Of a DNA stretch of 64,000 nucleotides, positions 1 through 8,915 are shown in pieces; within the stretch, counting starts at the first letter, position 1, and every line of letters starts with the position of its first letter. Position numbers and translations under genes: made by a program. This DNA comes from an uncultured Gammaproteobacteria bacterium (GTDB lineage Bacteria > Patescibacteriota > Microgenomatia > UBA10105 > UBA927), in NCBI GenBank assembly GCA_964394685.1, contig CAYMYO010000002.1, positions 34,148 to 98,147 on the forward strand. The letters are read 5' to 3'. The notes below the pieces were generated by a model. It made no database searches. It was not told the origin of the DNA and worked only from the letters and a program-made list of their open reading frames with translations.

Positions 1-432
1 TCTAGTGCGAAATTCGGAATGAAAAAGGGTTTGATTATTTTCTTATTAACAATGTTGATTACCGATGTATTATTAGGACTTCATCCGGTTATGTGGGCAA
101 CGTATGGAAGTTTTATGATTACAATTCTTATTGGATCGTGGGTGCAAAAAAAATATTCGCTATCACGATTTTTAACAGGAACATTGGTCTCATCCATTAT
201 ATTTTTTATTATCACTAATTTTGCCGTCTGGCTCGTTCCGCTTCATAGCGGGATGTACGCAAAAACTTTGACAGGTCTTATCCATTGTTATATTATGGCC
301 ATCCCATTTTTCAGGAATTCTCTTATTGGAGATTTTTTCTACGGTTTGATTTTTTATTACGGATATGAATTGGTCAAATATTGGAACGTACAACATCACA
401 CAGCATTAGTTACTAACAAAATTCGTACATAG
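1..432 (+). CDS. DUF6580-like membrane protein (ECF S-component-like, putative cobalamin-related transporter); 5' end runs off the window
   Basis: Frame is open from base 1. Multiple TM helices and motifs FFIITNFAVW and CYIMAIPFFRNSLIGD. Adjacent to a cobalamin riboswitch. Confidence 0.7.
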   Translation, partial: SSAKFGMKKGLIIFLLTMLITDVLLGLHPVMWATYGSFMITILIGSWVQKKYSLSRFLTGTLVSSIIFFIITNFAVWLVPLHSGMYAKTLTGLIHCYIMAIPFFRNSLIGDFFYGLIFYYGYELVKYWNVQHHTALVTNKIRT

Positions 433-515
433 AGGAAGGTTGTGCCCTGCCTGCCGGCAGGCAGGAATTCAACCACTGTGCCGCAACGGTTATAGTCCGA
501 TACTCTATATATGTT
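415..515 (+). ncRNA. Cobalamin riboswitch (class II / AdoCbl-variant type) with a palindrome inserted in the P4 loop
   Basis: ATAGAG-GAA-GGTTG-TGC[20-nt insert]AATT-CAACC-ACTGTGCCGCAACGGTTATAGTCCGA-TA-CTCTAT. ATAGAG pairs with CTCTAT and GGTTG with CAACC. The core resembles Cbl-II aptamers. Confidence 0.75.
446..465. repeat. Family B perfect palindrome CCTGCCTGCCGGCAGGCAGG
   Basis: 20-nt perfect palindrome with related copies at 21120, 40906 and 57807. Confidence 0.9.
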
Positions 516-530
516 TGAGTCCCGAGCAGG

Positions 531-2336
531 ATGTGTATGGAGCAAGAACAATTATTAAATTACGATCAAAGGGCTGCACAAATAGGTCTTCAACAGGCCG
601 CTGAGGTAGGTCCTCATGCATACCAAGCTCGGTTAACTGGAATCAATAGAGATAAACAAAGTGCTCAGAATGAATTAGATAATCCAACAGATGCCTACTG
701 GAGTGGTGAATATCACACTGGTGTTGATGGTCATGGTAATGCTGCACTCGTCACGCCTGAACTCGGAATGATACCAGGAAGAGTTCATCGGGAAAATAGT
801 AATGCCATGTCCGATTCAACGGTAAGAAATGTTGCATATACATTTGATAGAATTCAAGAAGGGATACTTCCACATTCTTCATGGAGAGCGGCGATAGAAC
901 AAGTAAGACAATTTCGGGCCGTTCAACAAGAGGCAATGACACTACAAGATAATGAATCACTTCTTGGATTTGTAATGAATGGATTAACAACAGAGGATGG
1001 TATTGCGCTCATGCGCATGACTCGTCATGGAAATACTATTTCTTATGAAACGCGATTAGTTGGTGGAATGTCGGAAGGAGCTGCGAAAGATCTCCTGGAC
1101 CGGTTTTCTTCAAAAGATGCAGAACGAGTTTCATTAAGAGAAGGGAAAAATAGTCCATTATATTCTGTGATCAGAGGGAATATTTCCGTTGATTTAAAAA
1201 ATAAAAAACAGATTGCTGCCATTGTGCAAGACGTGTTGGATACGCGTCATGAAACAAAGTCTCAAACTGTGAGTCTTGGTACGTGCCGCACGGTCGCAGT
1301 AAACGAAGAAAAAGTTTTTAAAAAACCTATTGCGATAAAACCAATTGCTATCAAACAACAAAAGCAAGAATATGCAATAAAACAAAAACATAACAATCCA
1401 TTTGATGATTTGCCACTAGCTCCACCATACATACACACTGAAAAACAACCTAGTCAAAAACAAATATGGGATGTGTCTGTCAGACCATGGATTATTTTTG
1501 ATACACCATCAAAAAAAGAAGTACCTGTATTTTCTGAGCCGTCAGAAAAGAAAAAACAAAAAATAAATAAACCCGTTATTGACCAACGCATCCATGAAGA
1601 AAAAATACCAGAAGAAGTTACACGAGACATAACAATGACAGAACAATCTTTGGTTACTCAACCAACGATTGTATTTCAAAAAGAACCCGATTTTGTTTTG
1701 CGGGAAGAAAAACAACAAACACAAGAAAAACATGTTGTTCAAATACAGAGAGTGTTGCCTATAACAACATTTATAATAATGACCGATGTTCAAACAGTTC
1801 GTACATACGAGGAAAAAGCAATTGTGATATCGCTTGCAGCGATAAAACCAACATATAGAGAACAAACAATTCAGGAAGATATAATGGTGGCAGAACATAT
1901 TCCTATTAATGTTGAGCACCAACAAGCACAACAAGATGTTGTTATGCAGTCTAAAACAGATTCTTCTTTTGAAGTTGACCAACTCATAATTCAAGATATT
2001 AGTACAATGACAGCGACATTAGAAAAACAGCTTGCGCGGGGAGAATTAGCAAACGCAGTCACAAAATTACTATGGATGGAATTAAACGATCAGAATGAAT
2101 TTGTACCAGTCGAAGAAGTTGAAATATCGCAAGACGCAACGCATACACGGCATAATCTTCTTCATTTTTTACGCAAAGTGGTACAAAAGTACGTTGGAGA
2201 TGATGTTATTAGACAAAGGGTTGTACAACGGATTACTTCAGATAAATGGGATAATGAGATTGAGGAAATAGCAGAATATCTTACTATCCTCAAAACCCAA
2301 CGATTGTATAACCATCTATTTGCGGTAGTCAATTAA
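531..2336 (+). CDS. Hypothetical protein (601 aa) with Q/E/K/T-rich low-complexity middle
   Basis: Long ORF with no recognised family motif. Confidence 0.7.
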   Translation: MCMEQEQLLNYDQRAAQIGLQQAAEVGPHAYQARLTGINRDKQSAQNELDNPTDAYWSGEYHTGVDGHGNAALVTPELGMIPGRVHRENSNAMSDSTVRNVAYTFDRIQEGILPHSSWRAAIEQVRQFRAVQQEAMTLQDNESLLGFVMNGLTTEDGIALMRMTRHGNTISYETRLVGGMSEGAAKDLLDRFSSKDAERVSLREGKNSPLYSVIRGNISVDLKNKKQIAAIVQDVLDTRHETKSQTVSLGTCRTVAVNEEKVFKKPIAIKPIAIKQQKQEYAIKQKHNNPFDDLPLAPPYIHTEKQPSQKQIWDVSVRPWIIFDTPSKKEVPVFSEPSEKKKQKINKPVIDQRIHEEKIPEEVTRDITMTEQSLVTQPTIVFQKEPDFVLREEKQQTQEKHVVQIQRVLPITTFIIMTDVQTVRTYEEKAIVISLAAIKPTYREQTIQEDIMVAEHIPINVEHQQAQQDVVMQSKTDSSFEVDQLIIQDISTMTATLEKQLARGELANAVTKLLWMELNDQNEFVPVEEVEISQDATHTRHNLLHFLRKVVQKYVGDDVIRQRVVQRITSDKWDNEIEEIAEYLTILKTQRLYNHLFAVVN

Positions 2337-2367
2337 ACACAGCCGTTTTTGTGATATGATTAATGCT

Positions 2368-2760
2368 ATGAATAACCTGCCTGATGCGAGTGGGAAATCG
2401 ACTATTCCAACACCGACCGGAGCTATTGGAATCGGAAAAGAAGCAGAAGGTGTTTCAATTTCTGATTCCGAACAGGGGTTACACGCCGCTGGAGCTGAAA
2501 TTGAACTTCCGAAAGAAATATCAGCTATTGGGGTAACACAGCAACCGACTGTTATCTCAATCCCTCCGCCTGTCAGTCAACTGGGGGTGAAACCAACAGG
2601 ATTAAATATTCCTATCCAAACAAGTCCATCTGTCGCAATTCCCTTGTCTGATAGTGAACTAGCCCAAGGGCTTCATATAAGTGTTATTAATTCGTTTCGG
2701 TGGCTCGCAGAATGGTGCAAAAAACAACTGATGATTTTTGGAATAAAGAGTAAAGTATGA
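2368..2760 (+). CDS. Hypothetical Pro-rich protein with C-terminal SFRWLAEWC motif
   Basis: TATGAT -10-like box 7 nt before the ATG. ATGA overlap with the next gene. Confidence 0.65.
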   Translation: MNNLPDASGKSTIPTPTGAIGIGKEAEGVSISDSEQGLHAAGAEIELPKEISAIGVTQQPTVISIPPPVSQLGVKPTGLNIPIQTSPSVAIPLSDSELAQGLHISVINSFRWLAEWCKKQLMIFGIKSKV

Positions 2761-5105
2761 CAGACCAATTCGCTGATCTTACATATAAGTTAGAAATGTT
2801 TGGAATAAGTTTGTTGATTGTGCTTATTTGTTTGAGTGTCGGTATTGGACTTTTGTATGTCGCTTTTTTGTTATGGAAGTATCGAAACAGAGAAAAACGT
2901 TCACTTTCCTATGTACTTTTACAAATTGCAGTTCCACGGGAAAATGAAATTAAAATCGATGCAGCTGAGCAGATGTTTGTCAGTCTCTATGGACTCTATA
3001 ACAAAAAATGGTGGGCGTTTTTAAAACCACAAGATCATATTGCATTTGAGATTGTGGCTCGTCGTGAAGATATCCGTTTTTATGTCTCGGTTCCGAGAAA
3101 TCTCATGGATTTAGTGGAAAAACAAATCCATGGAGCGTATCCCGGAGCGGATATTAAAGAAATAGAGGAATATTCCATTTTTACAAAAGAAGGGAAAGTT
3201 GCCTTTGTTCCTCTGGTTCTTAAGTATTCAAATTATTTTCCCATTCGGACATACAAAGATCTTCCGACTGATTCATTATCATCAATTACTTCGGTGTTAG
3301 CTAAAATGCAGGAAGGGGAAGGAGCAGTCATCCAAATTCTTATTCAACCGGCAAATGATAGGTGGCGAACAAATGGTCATTCGTTTATCTCAAAAATTAA
3401 AAAAGATGAAGCAAATCCGGAAAAGGCAAATTTTAAAGTGGATCAAAAAACACTTGAGTCGATTAATCAAAAAGTTCAGAAAACAGGATTTAACACCGTT
3501 GTTCGAATTGTCGTAACATCAACCACGAAAGAGCAAGCAGAGATGCATTTGAAAAATATTCTTGCGTCATTTGATCAGTTTTCTTCGGATAATAATGAAT
3601 TCCGGGAAATCCGCTTCTTCTTAAAATATGTGTTTATGATCGATTTTATTTATCGGTATTTTCCCGTTATTAATCTTCCTTTTTATAAACAATCGAGCGT
3701 ACTAAACAGTGACGAACTTGCAACACTCTTTCATTTGCCAAATAAAACAGTTGAAACACCGCATATCTTTTGGCTCAATGCCAAGCGCGCTCCCGCCCCC
3801 ATGCTCATACCGGAATCAGGACTTTTCCTAGGTCTTTCAAAATATCGAGGAGTAGAGCGGCCGATATACATTGGCGATGATGATAGAAGAAGACACATGT
3901 ATGTGATCGGAAAAACCGGTACAGGAAAGTCACAATTATTAGAAGAACTTGTGATGCAGGATATAAACGCAGGACGTGGGGTAGCTGTTATTGATCCTCA
4001 CGGAGATTTGATCACCGGGATTATGTCTCGGATGCCTGTCGCTCGCGCTGAGGATGTGATCTATTTTGACCCATCAGATACGGAACGTCCCATGGGGATA
4101 AATATGCTTGAGGCGCACACAGAAGAACAGAAGCATTTTGTAGTGACCTCCATTGTCGGACTTATGTATAAACTCTATGATCCGATGAAAACCGGTATTA
4201 TTGGTCCTAGGTTTGAACACGCGATTCGAAACGCCATGCTAACTGTTATGTGTGAACCGGGAAATACGTTTGTGGAAGTGGTAAGAATTCTTACTGACGC
4301 TGCGTTTGTTCAGGAGCTCTTACCTAAAGTATCTGACCCAATCATACGAAGGTATTGGACGGATCAAATAGCTCAAACAGCAGATTTTCATAAGTCAGAG
4401 GTGTTGGATTACATCGTTTCAAAATTTGGCCGATTTGTCACGAATAAACTCATGCGTAATATTATTGGACAATCAAAATCTTCGTTTGATTTTCGTCATG
4501 TGATGGATGAAGGAAAAATACTCCTTGTGAATCTTGCAAAAGGAAAATTAGGCGAGGAAAACAGCAATTTCTTGGGCCTTATTCTTGTTCCCAGAATTCT
4601 CATTGCTGCCATGAGTAGGCAGGAGATGCCGGAAGCAGAGCGCCGTGATTTTTATTTGTACGTTGACGAATTTCAGAATTTTGCTACTCCTGATTTTGCG
4701 CAAATATTGTCAGAAGCCCGGAAATACAGACTCAATTTGACTGTCGCAAACCAATTCATCGGACAAATGGAAGAGGAAGTGAAAAATGCGGTTTTTGGAA
4801 ACGTTGGATCTTTAATCGCGTTTCGTGTTGGAGTGACTGATGCAAATTATCTTCAGCACGAATTCCAACCGACATTTTCAGAAACTGATCTTATCAATAT
4901 CGATAAATTTAATGCATATATCAAAACAATTGTGCATAATGAACCGGTTAAACCATTTTCCATTGATTTAACAAAAGATATGAAAAAGATCATTGCGCTT
5001 CAAAATCCAAAGATAGCTGAAGCAATCATCCAACTATCAAGACTCAAATATGGCAGGTCGAAAGAATTAGTAGAGGCGGAAGTATCCCAGCGCGCACGTT
5101 TATAA
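2757..5105 (+). CDS. VirD4/TraG/TrwB-like (HerA-FtsK superfamily) ATPase with N-terminal TM anchor
   Basis: Walker A GKTGTGKS, VIDPHGD, Walker B YLYVDEFQNF, LSEARKY and ANQFIGQ motifs. Confidence 0.9.
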   Translation: MTDQFADLTYKLEMFGISLLIVLICLSVGIGLLYVAFLLWKYRNREKRSLSYVLLQIAVPRENEIKIDAAEQMFVSLYGLYNKKWWAFLKPQDHIAFEIVARREDIRFYVSVPRNLMDLVEKQIHGAYPGADIKEIEEYSIFTKEGKVAFVPLVLKYSNYFPIRTYKDLPTDSLSSITSVLAKMQEGEGAVIQILIQPANDRWRTNGHSFISKIKKDEANPEKANFKVDQKTLESINQKVQKTGFNTVVRIVVTSTTKEQAEMHLKNILASFDQFSSDNNEFREIRFFLKYVFMIDFIYRYFPVINLPFYKQSSVLNSDELATLFHLPNKTVETPHIFWLNAKRAPAPMLIPESGLFLGLSKYRGVERPIYIGDDDRRRHMYVIGKTGTGKSQLLEELVMQDINAGRGVAVIDPHGDLITGIMSRMPVARAEDVIYFDPSDTERPMGINMLEAHTEEQKHFVVTSIVGLMYKLYDPMKTGIIGPRFEHAIRNAMLTVMCEPGNTFVEVVRILTDAAFVQELLPKVSDPIIRRYWTDQIAQTADFHKSEVLDYIVSKFGRFVTNKLMRNIIGQSKSSFDFRHVMDEGKILLVNLAKGKLGEENSNFLGLILVPRILIAAMSRQEMPEAERRDFYLYVDEFQNFATPDFAQILSEARKYRLNLTVANQFIGQMEEEVKNAVFGNVGSLIAFRVGVTDANYLQHEFQPTFSETDLINIDKFNAYIKTIVHNEPVKPFSIDLTKDMKKIIALQNPKIAEAIIQLSRLKYGRSKELVEAEVSQRARL

Positions 5106-5112
5106 AAAATTT

Positions 5113-6519
5113 ATGGACCAAACAGAAGATCCTCTCAGTATAGTCCCCGTTAAAAAACACGAGAAAGTGGTATATATTTTTAATCTCTCTGAAGATGTCT
5201 GGCCGTTTATTTGTGCCATGTCCGATACGCATGAGCGTCAATTTGAGATTGATTGGAATGCCAATCTTGCGGAACGTGATCTTATCTCAATGTCCGAAGA
5301 GAATGAAGCGATATTTATCACTCCTCGTCCAATTACAGACGGTTTCATGTTGTATTACCAAAAAGTATTCGGTACGAAACATATGACCGTCCTTGTCCCA
5401 AATACGCATACCGGAGAAATTTGTGAAGATATCATTCGAGATCCAGAGATCATAGAACAATTAGTCAACGCTTCCAATTTTGTAAAGAAACTTACTCTAA
5501 TAAGCTACACAACCAGTCCGCAGTTGTTACATCTGGTAAACGTTCTATCAGTTCGCGGGATTACTGTGTATACACCAGAGTCTCCGGAAGTAACCAGCGC
5601 TTGGACAGTAAACTTTTTTGGGAGTAAATCCGGCATCAGGCAGCTTGCCCAAAAAAGTGGAACGCTTGAGCCGGATTTTAAAGTAGCTGATGGGCTCATC
5701 TGCGCATCAATATACGATGCCGCAATGATAGCGGCAAATAAATACATCAAAGAGGATGGGGTAGTGATAAAAACCAACAAAGGACATTCAGGGGCTGGAG
5801 TACTCATTTTCCGTCCGGGAGATCTTCCAAAAGAATATAAAGCGTGTGAACTGGCAATCCATAACAAATTGCAAAAAGACAGCTATTGGGAGAAATTTCC
5901 AATTGTTATTGAAGATTTACTCAATGTCAATTCTGCAATTGGTGGGGGATTTCCAAATGTTGAGTTTAAAATAACAAAAAGCGGAAAAATCGAGTTTCTT
6001 TATTACTGTGCTATGCGGGTGGATAAAAACGGTGTTTATAAAGGACAAGAAATGCATGAATCAGTTCTTCCAGAACGTATTGCCGCACGCGTTATCGATA
6101 CAGGATTTTTTATCGGCGAACAATATGCGGCATCTGGATATCGGGGGTATTTTGATGTTGACTATGTTGCAGCCAAAAATGGGGAAATTTATGTGACAGA
6201 ATCTAATGCCAGGCGAACCGGTGGAACCCATATGTATAAAGCGGCACAAGAATTAATTGGCAAAGACTTTATGACCGATTCCTATACCCTTTCCAATAAT
6301 GATTATGAGTTGCCTCATGGAATAAAACCTTCATTTGAAAAAGTTATTGAAATACTTGCTCCGGTACTCTTTAACAGTAAAACAAAAGAAGGGGTCGTAC
6401 TTGCCTCATCAAATCTGTTAAAACAGAGCAAATTTGCCTATATCATCTTCGGAAAAAGCGAAAAACGCTCCCTTGAAATTGAAGCCTCCATGGAACAGCT
6501 TCTCACCAAGCTTCAGTAA
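5113..6519 (+). CDS. ATP-grasp fold protein (PGM1 peptide-ligase-like)
   Basis: VVIKTNKGHSGAGV loop and YRGYFDVDY...VTESNARRTGGTH (E-x-N) ATP-grasp signature. Confidence 0.7.
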   Translation: MDQTEDPLSIVPVKKHEKVVYIFNLSEDVWPFICAMSDTHERQFEIDWNANLAERDLISMSEENEAIFITPRPITDGFMLYYQKVFGTKHMTVLVPNTHTGEICEDIIRDPEIIEQLVNASNFVKKLTLISYTTSPQLLHLVNVLSVRGITVYTPESPEVTSAWTVNFFGSKSGIRQLAQKSGTLEPDFKVADGLICASIYDAAMIAANKYIKEDGVVIKTNKGHSGAGVLIFRPGDLPKEYKACELAIHNKLQKDSYWEKFPIVIEDLLNVNSAIGGGFPNVEFKITKSGKIEFLYYCAMRVDKNGVYKGQEMHESVLPERIAARVIDTGFFIGEQYAASGYRGYFDVDYVAAKNGEIYVTESNARRTGGTHMYKAAQELIGKDFMTDSYTLSNNDYELPHGIKPSFEKVIEILAPVLFNSKTKEGVVLASSNLLKQSKFAYIIFGKSEKRSLEIEASMEQLLTKLQ

Positions 6520-6551
6520 ATCACCCCATTTTTTGTTATAATTGCCGTATT

Positions 6552-6623
6552 GCGCCTGTAGCTCACCGGTAGAGCACCACTCTTATAAAGTGGGGGTACC
6601 TGGCTCGACACCAGGCAGGCGCA
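6552..6623 (+). tRNA. tRNA-Ile (anticodon UAU), CCA not encoded
   Basis: Cloverleaf: acceptor GCGCCTG/CAGGCGC, D-stem GCTC/GAGC, anticodon stem CCACT/AGTGG with loop CT-TAT-AA, T-stem CCTGG/CCAGG with loop CTCGACA, discriminator A. Confidence 0.92.
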
Positions 6624-6673
6624 CAAAAATAAAATAGATTAGATTACCGTATCTAACAAAGTAAAATAATACT

Positions 6674-7546
6674 ATGAGTGAATATAAAGAAACATTATTT
6701 GGTGCTTCTGCACGAGTTTCATTTGATTTAAGAAATAACATTGCATATTGGCAACCACGTGATGCATTTTCATCAGCAGATTTAGCAAGAAAAGTAAGAT
6801 TGACAAAGCAATTTAACCAAATAATAACACAAGCTCAGGTACATCATATATATCCATTACATATTATGGAAGCCACTTCAAGCAAAGTAATTACGGGGCT
6901 TGTAAGAGGTGTCGATGTAGGTTTTTCTCGAAGATATGAGGAAATTGCTGATTTTTTATTAGTTAGGTCACCTGAAGCGCGACTGAATTCGCTCATAGCG
7001 TATTTGCGAGCAATAGATGCTTTAAATCAGCGAGGTTTAATATTTAAGGATCATAAACCTGATTCAATTATTTACCCATACCAAACTCCTGATGGTCCTG
7101 ACGGAGGAATTAGTGTTATTGATGTTGATGGTATGATAGTATGTAGTTCTCCAGTATTAGCTTGGAAAATAGACCGAACAATTCTAACTCCTCAACCAAC
7201 TAACACATTTGATTTGGAAATGTTTTTTACGAAGGGACTAACCGTAGAAACTATTGAACGAAATTTTGGATCTTTATCTGAAGGTGTTGGAAAGTTACCT
7301 TTTGACAAGCTCATTCCCGTAGGAGTGGCGTTAACTCTACAGCGCGATTTTCCTTATAGTAATAGTGCTGCAGAAGTAGCTGAAAAATTAGAAGGGTATC
7401 GAGATGGCAGCTATCAACCCCCATTTCATTCGGATGACCCTTTGCACAATATGTCAACAGCAGATGCTTACAGAGTGGATATGCGTGAATCCTTTGAAGC
7501 TGGAATTGATGTCGCAAAAGGTCTGTTAGATATTTATCAGAAATGA
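6674..7546 (+). CDS. Divergent protein-kinase-like fold protein
   Basis: GLIFKDHKPDSII resembles the HRDLKPxN catalytic loop, and ISVIDVDG resembles the DFG motif. Confidence 0.6.
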   Translation: MSEYKETLFGASARVSFDLRNNIAYWQPRDAFSSADLARKVRLTKQFNQIITQAQVHHIYPLHIMEATSSKVITGLVRGVDVGFSRRYEEIADFLLVRSPEARLNSLIAYLRAIDALNQRGLIFKDHKPDSIIYPYQTPDGPDGGISVIDVDGMIVCSSPVLAWKIDRTILTPQPTNTFDLEMFFTKGLTVETIERNFGSLSEGVGKLPFDKLIPVGVALTLQRDFPYSNSAAEVAEKLEGYRDGSYQPPFHSDDPLHNMSTADAYRVDMRESFEAGIDVAKGLLDIYQK

Positions 7547-7564
7547 GTGAGCAGATAAATTTGA

Positions 7565-7596
7565 GGTGCTTGGCTCGACGCCATGCAGGCACACAA
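7565..7596 (+). repeat. Degenerate copy of the tRNA-Ile 3' end (att-like scar)
   Basis: GGTGCTTGGCTCGACGCCATGCAGGCACACAA versus 6595-6626 GGTACCTGGCTCGACACCAGGCAGGCGCACAA, 27/32 identical. Confidence 0.8.
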
Positions 7597-7613
7597 CATT
7601 GAAAAAAGGGAAA

Positions 7614-7976
7614 TTAGGCTTTCTGAAGGATTATCTTCTGAAGAGGGAAATTAATTATCAATTCATACTTTGCCAGTAAAGCCGTTCCTGCCAGCGCTTC
7701 TGTCCCAGCTGTAAGCGTTGCGGGAACTGTTTCTTGTTCTCCATCAAGCTCAACTTTTACGGAGAATACCAATTCTTGACTTATTCTCCCATCGGCATAC
7801 TCTACTGGGATAATGGCGGTAAGCTCAATGCCCAAGGTAACTGCAATGTTAATTGGTAAAGAAAGATATCCGTCGAAACCCGTGTCTAAGATTGCCTCTA
7901 GTAAATTGTTTTGCTTTGCCCCGCCCACTGCCAGCTTTATTTTGGGATGATTTCGGTCATCGAAGAATGTTTCCAT
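7614..7976 (-). CDS. Clan AA (retropepsin-like) aspartic protease
   Basis: AILDTGFDGYL catalytic motif and C-terminal ALAGTALL. Confidence 0.85.
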   Translation of the reverse strand: METFFDDRNHPKIKLAVGGAKQNNLLEAILDTGFDGYLSLPINIAVTLGIELTAIIPVEYADGRISQELVFSVKVELDGEQETVPATLTAGTEALAGTALLAKYELIINFPLQKIILQKA

Positions 7977-8253
7977 AAGATAAAGGCTGATGATATCCGG
8001 AGAAAGTTACTGCCGAGGGGAAACCAACTTTCATTAAATAAAAGATTTTGGCCGGAAAACGTTTTTTGGCTTTTTCAATGGCTTCGACTTGGGTTTGTCC
8101 AAAAAAATACTTTCCTGACTCTACTTCGATAGCAATAAAACTGCCCAGATATTTTTTTTCCATCTTTTTGCTTATTTTTTGGTAAACTTTCTCGCCCCTG
8201 TGGGCAATTTCTGCTGGGTACACTGTTGGGAGAGAGGTTAAGGGTTTATTCAT
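7957..8253 (-). CDS. DUF5678-like small protein, partner of the aspartic protease
   Basis: KYLGSFIAIEVESGKYFFG motif; overlaps the protease gene. Confidence 0.65.
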   Translation of the reverse strand: MNKPLTSLPTVYPAEIAHRGEKVYQKISKKMEKKYLGSFIAIEVESGKYFFGQTQVEAIEKAKKRFPAKIFYLMKVGFPSAVTFSGYHQPLSYGNILR

Positions 8254-8334
8254 GATGCCAGTTTATCATTGATAGTCAGACAATTCAATTACGTGTATCA
8301 TATATATACTCTTACTTACTGATAAACAGGCATT

Positions 8335-8889
8335 ATGGAACAGGTCATACTCGTTGATGAGGAAAATAATCAAATCGGTATTGCTGATAAAGAAACCGTG
8401 CACACAAAAAATACTCCGCTTCATCGTGCGTTCTCGTTGTTTCTTTTTAATTCCAAAAAACAACTTCTTGTAACACAACGCGCATTAAATAAGAAAACAT
8501 TTCCGGGAGTGTGGACTAATAGCGTGTGCGGACATGTGTCTCTGGGCGAAGCCGCGTTTGACGCGGTGAAACGAAGATTAAGTGATGAGTTACATGTTGT
8601 TGCTACGGATATAAAAGAAGTTTCTCCGTATCGCTACCGGTTTGCAGATGTAAACGGTGTTGTTGAAAATGAAATCTGTCCTATTTTTATCGGATTTACT
8701 AACGAAGATCCAAAACCAAGTAAGAGTGAAGTAGAAGCATGGAAATGGGTTGGTTGGAGCGAATTTTTGAAAACAGTTAAAGAACATCCCGGAACCTATT
8801 CACCGTGGAGCGAAGAAGAAGCGGTTATACTGAACAATTGTCATCCTGAACTCGTTTCAGGATCCCAGCCGCTTTCAGATGGATGCTGA
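8335..8889 (+). CDS. idi: Isopentenyl-diphosphate delta-isomerase, type 1
   Basis: LHRAFSLFLFN, WTNSVCGH and ENEICP motifs. The C-terminal tail derives from a repeat. Confidence 0.92.
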   Translation: MEQVILVDEENNQIGIADKETVHTKNTPLHRAFSLFLFNSKKQLLVTQRALNKKTFPGVWTNSVCGHVSLGEAAFDAVKRRLSDELHVVATDIKEVSPYRYRFADVNGVVENEICPIFIGFTNEDPKPSKSEVEAWKWVGWSEFLKTVKEHPGTYSPWSEEEAVILNNCHPELVSGSQPLSDGC

Positions 8890-8907
8890 AATAAATTCAG
8901 CATGACA
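8839..8907. repeat. Family A 69-bp double-hairpin element (TGTCAT...ATGACA)
   Basis: Terminal inverted repeats and two internal hairpins; five full copies in the window. Confidence 0.92.
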
Positions 8908-8915
8908 AACGGCTT

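Noticed and set aside
2757-5105. Conjugative element or ICE
   Set aside because: No relaxase, VirB genes, integrase or oriT are visible, and the context is chromosomal.
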